Below, piece after piece: positions 25,282 to 38,423 of a stretch of 38,423 nt of DNA. Made by a program: the position numbers and the translations under genes. The notes under the pieces were generated by a model. The model worked only from the letters and a program-made list of their open reading frames with translations, searched no databases and was not told the origin of the DNA. The DNA is from Macrostomum lignano (taxonomy: Eukaryota). The stretch is taken from positions 1 through 38,423 of the forward strand of contig NIVC01004676.1 in NCBI GenBank assembly GCA_002269645.1, given 5' to 3'. Each line of letters opens with the position of its first letter. Position 1 is the stretch's first letter.

Positions 25282-25908
25282 ATCTAGATGATGCATGAAA
25301 AGGGCCACAATGCTTATTATTGGCACGTTAGACAGAGAGAGAAAGGCGTAGACATAAGGGGGACATTCTAGTGTAAGTCACCGCAGTATTGGGAATAAAG
25401 ATTGAGCCTGATTGGTCTGAAGGTCGGGGGACAGTGCGGTGGAGTCCTGGGCACGGCCAGCGAGCAGAATAGAATCAGTTCTCAAACTCAATGCGACATC
25501 AGCCCCTTGCTGAGTCCTATTGGGCCAATGGTGATTTGTCAGCCAGTAACTGGCATTCCCCCTCTCTCTCTCCCCCAGCTTATCGGCATTCCGCCCCAGC
25601 ATACCGGATAAATACAGTAGCCCTCAATTCTCCCTATCACAGTCAGTTGACAAGATTATACTACCTTAGAGAAGCTTGACAGCTTTAGCTATTTTTTAAA
25701 GACTTCAGATTTACAGATTCAAAGGATTGAGAGAAATAACCTGTTAGACTTTTCTAACAGCTAAAGTCAGCTCCTGGACATTTTTAACCTGCAGTACTTT
25801 AATTGGTACTGCTGCTATTACCGAACCCGAGGGTGAGTTATGCTGAAATTTCTCTGAACTTCTGAGAAAGCTATAGTTTAACCTTCTTAGGGACATCATG
25901 AACAATTT

Positions 25909-27215
<1,307 letters not shown>

Positions 27216-28823
27216 ACCATAACACTTTCTGTCATTCACTGGGTCTTCAGATAGCCCAGCCACTTGCTCTGAGAGTCATTCACCCATCGCACGGTTAAAT
27301 TTGAGAGAGCACAGAGAGCACATGAGATGAATCAATCCCAACTAAGTGAGCTCCCTAATTTCTTTCTCCCATGCTAAAAAGTTTTTTTTCTACGGAACAC
27401 AGTTTCCCAAATAGCTGAGTGCTGTTTTTCTGTCAGCACAGAATCCTGTCATGACCAAACTCCCAGACCAGGAGTTGCCACCCCAATCCTGCCCAGATAC
27501 TGCCGACATGAAAGCCGCGATCGCTGCAGCTGCAGCTGCGCAACCTCGAAGCACCCCCTTCCCAACTCCACAGTCCCCCCCTCATGTTAGCCGCGAATTC
27601 GAATGCACACGATCGATTGACAGGTCGAATTATCCTCAGAAATTCTGTGAGAGCTCCCATCGGTCGGGTTAGCGCTTGTAAAACCGCCTGCAGGAAGGAG
27701 ACGGGGACAAGAGAGAGAAGAGAGACACGCGGTGGGAGGAGACAAGAGTACCCAAACCTCAACTTAATTTGCTCACAGGGAATTGAGCTACACTTTGAGC
27801 ACACTAGCTTGCTGTCAGATGGTCGCTCGGACTGTTTCCGAGCCCTCCTGGATGAAGCCGTCCTCTTGTCTCTCAAGCTTAATTAGGATCTCAAATGCTT
27901 TTCCTCTCCTCTTCTACACTCTTCTCCATCGTCCGCAGCTTCCTAAGGGTTGTGATGCAACTCCTGTCTGAAGCTTTCCAGATTTCGATTTTCATTTGTC
28001 ACCCGGCGTGGTATAAACACAGGTGTAAGCCGCGTTGCTGGGCAAAATCCATTCCTATTTAGCGCTTTGTCGCCCAGCTTACCTACACTAGATGGCTTCC
28101 GCCTTGGCAAGCGTCCTTCCTCAAGTAGTTGCCCAAATTCCCAGACAGATCGATGGGCCAAGATGTTATAAATCAATTGCACACCGATTGCGTCATTCTC
28201 GTGCGGCTATGGCTCGCTCGCTTGCGCAACTCTTCAAAGCTAGAGAGACCAGCCGATGCTCATCAGCAGTAAATCGGATCAGCTGCAGAAACAGACTGCG
28301 GACAAACTAGATTGAGACGGGGATCATTCTTGACTTGCATCGCTGAATGACTCCATTTACTCAGAAGAATTCGGCAATTCAGATTTGGGAGGTGGACAGG
28401 GCAGCTCTTTCAAATCAACCGAGACAGTTACCTGCCTGCTTTGTGTACCTTTTCAACTAGCTAACTGTATACCTACTAAGCGGGCTCTTTGAACTGCGAG
28501 AGCAAACAGTTTGAGCCAAGAATTTGAGCCAAGATTTGAGCAAGCAGGCAGTTTAGCTGAGTCCTGCAGCCTGTGCTTAGGGACTGAAATTGGGGAAATG
28601 CAATAAGCGGGGAGCAGTGAACTCGGGAATTTGACGCCGGAGGGCAATATAAATCTGGGGTGGGGGGCTCCGTTTGTCAAGCCATTTTGCCTGGCCTACC
28701 CAGCTTCTCTTCGTCATCTGGCTGAGCTCCACCCTCTCTAAGCTGAGCAGTGAGTGGCATATTTGCATATTATTAGTATGGTTGGGATATCATGTTTATT
28801 GCTCAGCCTGGAATATCAATGTG

Positions 28824-29277
<454 letters not shown>

Positions 29278-30063
29278 ATTTATCATCCAGGTACAGGAAA
29301 TGGTGCCCCTGCCTTCTTTGAGCTCTCAGCGGCCAGCAACAGTCTACCTGATTTCCCCAACTCAAAGCATTTCCTCAGCAGCAGGCAGTCCCATGCATCA
29401 AAAAGAGCCGAGTGTGGAGGCGCTCGGCAGTGCACCTGATGCAGCTGGCAGATTGTCTTCAGTCAGACCCGGAGAAAAGGAAAATCCAAATTTACAGCCC
29501 CTGTTTGGTAGCAATTTTTGCCGTAAAATTTCTTTTAAAAATCAGCCACCCGCTGTCCGAATATCGCCGGGCCTCTCCGTTGGAATATAATGGTTGTTGC
29601 ACTGCACTTTTGTGATGCAACTAAGCATCATAATTTTGCTGCTCACAGACTCACTGAGCCTTGTGTGTGTGTGTGTCCTCCCCTCAAACGAGCCAGCACT
29701 TACCGTTGGGCAAGCGGCAATCTCCGCAGCCCTGTCTGACTAATCTGTCTAAGGCAGGGAGATGCGATCAAAATCAGATTAAAAAGTTGATGCTGGATAA
29801 GACGAACACTGATGACTTGCTTTATATAGTGCAATTTGTTCTTGTACGGAGAGTCGGGGAGATTAGAGGGTTGCTTACCCGAGTGTTATAGTCTTACAGT
29901 CTTATAGGAAATTGGATTTTAACTGCTTTTAGTGAATTTTCAAGCCGAGCTAACCAATATACTGCCGATATGTTGAGCAAAAAATGACTTTTGAGTCTAG
30001 CTGTCAATTTTCTTGCAAATAAAATATCAAATGATAGCAATTTGACCGACTTTTAGTACGCAA

Positions 30064-30104
<41 letters not shown>

Positions 30105-30460
30105 GGCAGGCATGGACAGACAAGAGCAGACAGGAGCAGACAGGAGCAGACAGAAGCAGACAGGAGCAGACAGGAGAGACAGGAGCAGACAGGAGCAGAC
30201 AGGAGCAGACAGGAGCAGACAGGAGCAGACAGGGATACACAGGCAAACTGATAAGCAGTCAAAGGCAATGATCAATGACACTAATGAGCAGACAGGAGAG
30301 ACAGGAGCAGACAGAAGCAGACAGAAGCAGACAGAAGCAGACAGGAGCAGACAGGAGCAGACAGGAGAGACAGGAGCAGACAGGAGCAGACAGGGATACA
30401 CAGGCAAACTGATAAGCAGTCAAAGGCAATGATCAATGACACTAATGAGCAGACAGGAGC
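30064..30460. repeat. (GACA)n grading into GACAGGAGCA 10-mers, with a ~161-bp higher-order duplication
   Basis: The block AGGGATACACAGGCAAACTGATAAGCAGTCAAAGGCAATGATCAATGACACTAATGAGCAGACAGGAG starts at both 30231 and 30392. Confidence 0.9.
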
Positions 30461-31416
30461 AGATTTGCATCTTACAGTACGCACCTGGCTTTGCAGGTGA
30501 AAGATGTCAATCTACTCACTGGCCCGGCAGGCCTCGTGAACCTGGAGATTGACAGCCCAGTCCCCTCAGTGAGGTTGCAATGAAAAATTAACAATCATCC
30601 AATACTCTCTCCCCCTTCCGTCTGCTCCACGGACGACGAATATCTGGGAATAATTTTGCCTTTCATTCTCCCAACTTTGCCTGACGAAAAATTATTAATA
30701 AAAAATGTTAGTTAGTTTACCTTTCTCTTTAGTGCTGTTGCTGTCTGGGAGCGGAGGAAGGAAGCAAAGGAGTTCCATAATTACTGCAATCATAGCTAAA
30801 CAATGAGACTGAACGATAGGAAACGCGCATGCATTTTCGGAAAGCGTGATTGTGAAAGCAGTTGTCTGGTTCTAAAAAAAGCCCAATTGTTATAAACCAT
30901 GTTCACAGCTGACTGGAAGATAACAAAATCGTTCCGATGGTTCAACTTCATGAGTGAGCAGAATCGTTTCTAGAAAAATGGAGAATTTTCTAGTGCTGAG
31001 AGACGAAGCTGCACGGGATCAATGATTCGGGATTTCCAACCTTCATCACCCGAATCGATGATCAGCGGCAGTTCTTGAGTCCGTCGTTTCCGCAGGCTGT
31101 TACGCAATCATTGGTTTCTCGCTCGCTGAGGGAAATCTCCCTTCCTGATCGTAGCGGACGAGCGCTCCGGCGCTTAAGACATCTTTTTGAGCACGAGCTG
31201 CCCGAGTCTTTTAGAATCGGAAATTAAACCCGGCTCGAAACTAAAAGAATGACGTCACAGGCCGGATACGATTCGATGAACAAATTATTAATTGAAGTCG
31301 AATTCTAATTTGTTTTGTTTCCTTTAATTTTCACCACATTTTCCTATTTGAGCTGATGCAGTCACACGCTGGGTCTATGCTTGAAATTCGGTTCATTCTG
31401 TTTCTTAGACATGAAC

Positions 31417-31524
31417 TGGAGGCCGTTAAGGAGCTTGTATTTGTCTATGGCCAAACCGCATTCAGCGCATTGGAGGCCGTTAAGGAGCTTGTATTTGTCT
31501 ATGGCCGAACCGCATTCAACGCTA
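31417..31524. repeat. 54-bp tandem duplication (2 copies)
   Basis: TGGAGGCCGTTAAGGAGCTTGTATTTGTCTATGGCC(A/G)AACCGCATTCA… at 31417 and 31471. Confidence 0.9.
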
Positions 31525-33829
31525 TGCGTTCTCTAGAGCATTCTAAGAAAATGGGGTGTATAAGCATCATATCCACAGTTGCGCATGAACTAACCTTGAT
31601 GTTCTTAGAAAGAGAGTTAATATCGGGTGTCTTTTTTACTTGAAACTACATTTTACTTGAATTGAACCGGTTTTTTTTAGGTTGGATCTTTCATTAGTAG
31701 CATCATCGTTTTCCTTAGCAACCTGTCCTTCCCATCTTTTGTCTGATTCCCCCACGTCTGTTCAATGCATTTTTGTACTACACACAGACAAACAAACACG
31801 AACGAAAATCAGAGGCTACCTGAGCTACCAAAGCTCATTATTTAGCCTGGCCAATCCATCTCAGAACTGACGGGCTTGTCTGTCAGTCCTTTAGGCGCAG
31901 GCCAACTCAAAAGCCTTCTCAGCCGAGGGCAGCCAGTCCTCCCATCCTAATTTGCTCGTGTTTCTGTCCGCTATCCCAAAAAACTTGTTGGCCACAGAGA
32001 GGAAAAGAGAAGATTTTCTCGTGGAAAAAAACGCTAGCCATACACTTACACAAGGCTGAGTCATGCGTATATGCAGGTGAGGCGGGTGAGAAGACTGAGA
32101 CTATACCTGCGCCTCTGCACATGCAGTGAGATCGAATAGTTTTTTTGTGGGGCACCTGTTAGCATCGGATTTCCAAGTTACCCGCGCTATGCTCACCCAG
32201 CCAAACCCCTCAGCCTTGCTCTCTTTACCGAACTCGGAGGGCAGCTTCATCAGATCCAGCAGCCTTATGCTTGAGTCAGCCCAGGCTGACCCTAATCCGC
32301 GGTCGGTAATACATCTGTGCCAGGCCTTGCTCCTGCTTAGCGCGCATTTCAGCTCTAGTATTGGCTCCCGCAGTCTATTTCCTCTGCTTAAAAGAAAGGA
32401 ATTGACTGCCTTTTAATCATTATAAGTGGCCACTTAGTGCAGACGATAACATTCACACCATACACCAGCGTTGAGGCAATTCTGTCCATTCCGTTGACTC
32501 CTGACACGGGGGTGCACAGCCCCCATCCCCCCAGCTGTCCTCTTCTTCCACGATTCTTTCAGCTTTCTACAAAATTTTAAGTTAAAATGTGGGCAAAAAG
32601 GACATGTAAATAAGCAATGCAGGTAGAGGGATATTTGGATGGCACTCTAAATTTTTTATGCAGCAAAAGCACTTTAAAATTGCAGTATTTAGACTTGCAG
32701 ATTTTCAAGATTTGTCACGTAAAATGTCATTTATAGAAATCATGAGGAAGAACTTGGCCCAACCTAAAAGTTCTAAGCCAAGTCAGAATCTATCGCCCTC
32801 TTCATAGAGGCTTTTGAGCAAATTTGTGACGGGCAGACAGGTGCACGACTTATTTGGCAGAACGAAGTGTTGGAGGCGGAGGAGGGACACAGTTCGTACC
32901 GATAATTCCTTGTCCAACTCTCCAACCAAGCTCTGCACTCTCCCAAACATCATTGTTGCTTCATCGGTAGGCAGCCAGCCTCCAATGCTCAAACCAAGCA
33001 AGAAGAAGGCTTATTGCAACTTTTCCCGCCTTGGCAAAAAAAGTGGGAGAGAAAGTGAAGAAGTGAAAGTGGAGGCCAGGTGTCGGCTGCCGCCACCCCG
33101 CACCTTCAGACCCAAATGTCACGGAATGCGACAAGGCCCATAGGTGAGAGTTTAGGAGTGGAAGAACCGAGACCCAGGGCTTGCCCTCCGGCTTCAGAAT
33201 TCCCAACTACGCCTTAACCTATTCCCCTTCCCCAGCTGAGAGGCAGGTGGAGTCTAATTGGCTGAAGGTGTGATAGACAGAGCGTGTTGAGCACAACCCC
33301 CCCCCCCTAATCTGTATGGAAGCAGAGATGGAAACTGCCTGCAGTGGGAGGATTTGTTGGGCAATTTGCTAATTGTTCACATCAACAAGGAGGCCCAGAA
33401 GCCACAGAGTTAAGTCACAACTGTAGTCAAAGTTGCTAGACATCAAACTCGAACTAGACGTCGATCGATAAAATATTTTCATTCCTTGGCCTTACCTTAA
33501 TACGAGTAGTTTCAGTTGTCTGAAACTGGTGGAGTTGTGGAAAAGAGTCGCTAACCCAGACTTCTAGCCATAGGCCTCCATGACATCGATTATCCAGACG
33601 CCTTTACTCCCGGGGAGGGAGGCTGACGGACAGCATTCCTGAGCTTAGCACCGAGTGGTTTGCCGTCAAGATCGCCCCCCTCCCTGTCAAAACGCGAGAA
33701 ACACGGGCTCACTGGAAATGGCTGGAAGCTGTTTTGCCCGCCCATGAAGAATGCCATTCCGCAGCCTATAGATACGAATTCACCTGTTGCAGGCTTGGCC
33801 AGGCATTTTGAGAAGACCAGCGCAATTAA

Positions 33830-33896
33830 ATGGCAGCTGGGGCAGCCGCTGCGCTGCTGGCGTTGCTGCTTCACCTGTCGGACGCGATGCGAATCG
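33830..33896 (+). CDS. Nrg: First coding exon (signal peptide) of the L1CAM/neuroglian-like gene
   Basis: MAAGAAAALLALLLHLSDAMRI is a hydrophobic signal peptide. The GTGAGT donor at 33897 and the acceptor TTCCTTTTTTCGGCAG (AG 33977-33978) define an 82-nt phase-1 intron that joins in frame with ORF 34050..37244. Confidence 0.85.
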
Positions 33897-33978
33897 GTGA
33901 GTCATCGAAGTTGGGTCTTTGTTGCCCTTTAAGTAGGCTGCGTCAGTACAAGAAATCTTATATTCCTTTTTTCGGCAG

Positions 33979-36900
33979 CAAACGCGCTGGAGACTCTGGC
34001 GGAGTCGCCACCAGTCCAGCTGCCGCCCGTCATCACCAAGCACCCCCCGATGCAGGTGGTGGCCGCTCCCGGCGAGCCGCTGCGTCTAGATTGCGTCGCG
34101 GTCGCTCCGGGACTCGAACTTTTGACCTACTGGTGGCGGCGAAACGGCGTCTCAATTGGGAACGTGACAACGGCGAAGGCGGACAGAACCAACAAGGGAG
34201 CTCCGCTGAGCCTGGCTTCGCCGTCAACAGCCGACGAGGGCGACTATCAGTGCTTCGCCTCCAACAGCCTCGGCACCGCCGTCACACACAAGACTTCGCT
34301 GCGGCTGGCCACCTTAGAATCGTTTCCTCGTGTGCCCCGAACGGCAACGCTGATGGAGCGACTCGAGGGCGAGAGTCTCCGCCTGCCCTGCCAACCGCCG
34401 GCCTCCCTGCCGCCCGCAACGGTCATGTGGCATCGAATCGACGACGGCGCGGCCGGCCGAATGAGCACGCCGCCGGTCTCGAACCGGGTGGCCATCGATC
34501 CGACGGACGGTTCGCTGCTGTTCGCCAACCTTCTACCCAGCGATGGCAACGCGCGCTACCAGTGCGGCGCCAGAAATGACGTCGTACGACGCACGGTTGA
34601 GGGCGCGTCCTACCGGCTGCTGGTTCGACCAGATGAAGGCCGTCAGACTCGGCGCCGCCCAGCAGTCCTGATGGCCCAGAGCGAGCCCCGGCCAGTGCTG
34701 CTGACCAACGAGACCGTCGCGGACCTGTTCTGCTTCTTTGCCGGCCTGCCGACGCCCAACATCAGCTGGACTCGAGCTGACGGCAGCGCCCTTGAGATGC
34801 GCACTTCTTTGCCATCATCGGCTCCTCTATTTCGACTACTGGAGTCGAACACGCGACTTCAGTTGCTGGGCACCAGGGCGGACAAACACGCTGGCGGCTA
34901 CCGGTGCACTGGCGAGGTTGGCGACGGTTGGTCGAGTTCAGCAAAGTCTGGCAACAGCAGCGGCAAATTTGAAGTGTCGGTGGTCAGTCCGCCGCGCTGG
35001 CTTGAAGCGCCGGCCAACGCGGCAGTGGCAGAAGGCGACTCTCACTCGTTTGCTTGCCGGACATCAGCCTCTGAGGGCCTGCCTCGATGGTTTGTGAATG
35101 GCCAGCCCTCTGACTTGGACGGCCGAGCCACCAGAATCGGCCAGCGACTTCTGTTTGTCAACCTGAGCCGCGACGACTCACTGGTGGTGCAGTGCAACAG
35201 CAGCAACAGGCACGGCTACGTGTTCGCCAACGCCTACCTCCGCGTGGTTTGGGAGCCGCCGGTGATCACCCGGCCGCCAGGACGTCTGCTGGCTTCGGCT
35301 GGCGCCGATCTGCGCATCCCGTGTCGAACGTTTGCGGCGCCGAAGCCGACCGTGACTTGGATGCTGGACGACAGATCGCTGGACGACGCCGGGTCCATGG
35401 AAGGCGGCCGGTTGGAAGTTCAAGACAATGGCGACATGCTGATTCGCAGCCTAGAGATGCGCGACTCCGGCACTTACCGGTGTCGCGCCAGCAATCGATT
35501 CGGTGCCGTCTCTGCAGTTGGTCAGCTGACTGTGCGAATGGCCACCCGAATCAGCGCACCGCCGCCCGAGCACCTGAGAGTTGTCGAAGGCGCACCAGTT
35601 CGCCTGGACTGCCGGGCCGACACGGATCCGGCAGAGCGGCACCGACTCACCGTGGCGTGGAAGCTCGACGGTCGCCCGGTAGAGACGTCGGTTACTTCAG
35701 AATCTGGCAGCAGCGAACTGAGGATCGCATCGACAAGTCCCGCAGATTCGGGTGTGTACACCTGTGTAGCGGCAAATGGTCTCGACTCAGACAATCGCAG
35801 CACGCGACTAGTCGTTCAGGGTCGGCCGGGAGCTCCACCGGCACCTCTGCAGATTGACTGCTCGGCGATTGGTGCAGCAACACCGAGTGCGCATCTCACC
35901 TGGCCACCGGCGCCTGACAATAACTCGCCGATTCAGCGGTACTCAGTCGAGTTCAAAACGCAGTATTCTAGCATAGGTGACTGGCAACCAGCCGAGGTGC
36001 TTAACAACCCAGTTGCCGGCGACGAAACGTCCGCTACAGTGCAGTTGCGCCCAGGGCTTGATTATCAATTTCGCGTGCGAGGCATCAACGCCGTGGGTCC
36101 TGGGGCAGCGTCTGATGCGGCTCGAGCTGGCTCAGCCTGCCGGTTGGCGCCAACCAGACCGGCACGACATCCGGGTGGCTTGCGAGTTGAGCCTGGCAGC
36201 GCACCTGGAGGCTTAGCCATTATCTGGGAGCCTCTGACGCCCTTAGAGTACGGTGGCGACGGGCTGAGATACTTACTCAGAATTTCATGCCTTGACTGTA
36301 GCGAGACACCTAGCAACCAAGTGAACGAAACCGTAGTCTCCGATACGAAAAAGTCGAGGCTTGAACTGACCGAGCTTGTCTGGAGCGGCGCGATCAAGCC
36401 GGTAGAAACCTACCGAATGTATCGGGCGCAGATTCGCGCCGCAAACGCGTTCGGAGAGGCAACTTCAGACACGCCTCCAGAAGCCACAGGACGCTCCGGA
36501 GAGATGCCACCAACGGTGGCGCCCAGCCACTTCCACATAGCTTCGATAGACCCAAGATCCTGGAGCGTCGTCGAGCTTGCCTGGAGCCTGGATCGCAATC
36601 CGGCGGCAGATTCGCGGGTTCGCGGCTTCTATCGCGGCTTCCGCGCAGTCTGGTGCGCGGTGGCGCAGCTCAACGTCACTCCGACTGACGGCAACGGCTG
36701 TCTCGGCCAGACGCGGTTTCAAGATTTCATTTACCGACAGCCAGCCGCCGAGGGAGCTACGACTCCCGAAGCTTCGGCGGCCACCTCTGCCGCGACGCAA
36801 CCGGTGCAGTTTACGGGCCGACTCGTTGGACTGCCGGGCTTCTCCAACATTCGAGCCTGGTTGCATCTCCTGAACCTGCGCTACGCCGGCCCGCCCAGCC

Positions 36901-37690
36901 AATCTTTGGATTTTCGCACTCCGGAGGGCACTCCTGGCCAGGTGGGCGAGTTTGTCCTGTCACTCACCGGCGCCAGTCACCTGGAATTCGACTGGCTGCC
37001 ACCGCGTGAACCGAACGGCAAAGTTGTAGGCTATCAACTATCGTACAGAGAGTTACCGGCCTGCCAATGGGTCCGCTGGTCGCCGCGCCAGTCATCAATG
37101 ACCCCTCGCAGCTGCGTGGCGCCCTCACAGGCCTGTCGCCGAACACCAACTACCGGGTGTACATTCGGGCTCGAACAGCCACTGGAGACGGCGAGGCAAC
37201 GTTCCTGGATGCGCGCACCGCGCCGCCAAACTCTGCGCCGGTAGCAGCAGCGTCAGCGGCCTCAGCGGTTCCTGTAGGAAACGAAGCCCTGAACGTGTCT
37301 GTAGTCCTGCCACCAGCCCGAATGCGGGCCTTCTACGTCCAGTACCGCCAGCTCGGCGATGCCGACCGGCCCTTGGACGAAACGTGGCGAGAAACTCAGC
37401 GCGAGGTCCGCCGACGATGGCTGCTAATTGACAACTTGAGCCGCGGGGTGAAATACGAAATTCGAGTCGTCATGCTCACTGGCTCCGCCTCGGCTGTCTA
37501 CACTGAGTCTATGCGGGTGCGCACCGGCGGCTCCGGTGGCGATGGCAGCGGCCTGTTGAAGGCCTCGACGGCCACCTGGCTCGGGAGTGTCGCCCTGCTA
37601 CTGTTGCTGTTTCTGCTTGGCACCGCGCTTGTGTTTTACTGTTTGGCTCGGCGGCGAGCCGTCACGGTGGTCGACAAGGTGGCGACTACC
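33979..37690 (+). CDS. Nrg: L1CAM/neuroglian-family cell adhesion molecule: 6 Ig + 5 FnIII + transmembrane helix, with a 1-nt frameshift at ~37050
   Basis: Six Ig domains with C…W…DxGxYxC patterns, including the L1-type Ig4 motif VVQCNSSNRHGYVFANAYLRV. FnIII repeats (WPPAPDNNSPIQRY, WEPLTPLEYGG, WLPPREPNG) continue in ORF 37067..37717 (GPLV…INDP…LTGLSPNTNYRVYIRART). TM WLGSVALLLLLFLLGTALVFYCL (37577-37645) is followed by RRR. Probable GTAAGA donor at 37691. Family assignment is from architecture and motifs; orthology is not tested. Confidence 0.9.
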
Positions 37691-37720
37691 GTAAGACACA
37701 GTGCGATAAGTTCATGACAG

Positions 37721-38423
37721 CTGGGAGCTTCAGTACTTCAACCTGGGAACTCACTCAGTGCTTCAATCTGCGGAACTCACTCAGTACTTCAACCTGGGAA
37801 CTCACTCAGTGCTTCAAGCTGGGAACTCACTCAGTACTTCAATCTGGGGACTCACTCAGTACTTCAATCTGGGAACTCACTCAGTACTTCAATCTGCGGA
37901 ACTCACTCAGTACTTCAATCTGGGAACTCACTCAGTACTTCAATCTGGGAACTCACTCAGTACTTCAATCTGGGAACTCACTCAGTACTTCAATCTGGGA
38001 ACTCACTCAGTACTTCAATCTGGGAACTCACTCAGTACTTCAATCTGGGAACTCACTCAGTATTTCAATCTGGGAACTCACTCAGTACTTCAATCTGGGA
38101 ACTCACTCAGTACTTCAATCTGGGAACTCACTCAGTACTTCAATCTGGGAACTCACTCAGTACTTCAATCTGGGGACTCACTCAGTACTTCAATCTGGGG
38201 ACTCACTCAGTACTTCAATCTGGGGACTCACTCAGTACTTCAATCTGGGAACTCACTCAGTACTTCAATCTGGGAACTCACTCAGTACTTCAATCTGGGG
38301 ACTCACTCAGTACTTCAATCTGGGGACTCACTCAGTACTTGAATCTGGGGACTCACTCAGTATTCAACCTGGGAACTCACTCAGTACTTCACATCTGGGA
38401 ACTCACTCAGTACTTCAATCTGG
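37721..38423. repeat. 25-bp minisatellite, ~28 copies (runs off the right edge), probably intronic
   Basis: Unit CTGGGAACTCACTCAGTACTTCAAT. Confidence 0.97.

Noticed and set aside
31250-31257. Perfect CRE palindrome TGACGTCA in a CpG-rich patch ~2.6 kb upstream of the L1 ATG
   Set aside because: A single 8-mer is expected roughly by chance in 38 kb, and there is no other promoter evidence.
37026-37048. 23-nt GT…AG micro-intron that would restore the L1 reading frame
   Set aside because: Implausibly short, and it would delete the conserved VGYQLSY strand of the FnIII domain.
33590-37313. Numerous overlapping or antisense ORFs within the L1 gene
   Set aside because: Expected shadows of GC-rich coding sequence.

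Overview
Eukaryotic (animal) genomic DNA. No prokaryotic operons, CRISPR arrays or RNA genes were detected. The style (GC-rich, intron-poor coding DNA, ~60-nt introns, dense mini- and microsatellites) resembles a free-living flatworm such as Macrostomum, but that is inference only. Left end, minus strand: an uncharacterised multi-exon gene (exons 3191-3161, 3101-2959, 2899-2269, probably 1664-<1) whose last exon encodes ~49 octapeptide Pro/Thr/Ser/Ala repeats. 3.2-10 kb: an AT-rich, almost CpG-free block holding a decayed Penelope-like retroelement and a full-length fossil hAT transposon (5476-9367), with a younger CpG-rich MITE nested inside it. Two more hAT MITEs and one MITE with a 9-bp TSD follow (10-12.2 kb). 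13-33 kb: a gene-poor field of tandem arrays (22-40-bp units) and microsatellites, a Charlie-type MITE with an internal (CTCCT)n expansion, and a 5'-truncated RNase H-bearing LINE inserted in a satellite. Right end, plus strand: an L1CAM/neuroglian-family gene (signal-peptide exon, 82-nt intron, then 6 Ig + 5 FnIII + TM in one ~3.7-kb exon) with a 1-nt frameshift near 37050. I found no convincing wholly new biological system. The most notable observations are the CpG-erased TE block with datable nesting, the compact L1-family gene and the unknown repeat-protein gene. All counts and alignments were done by eye.
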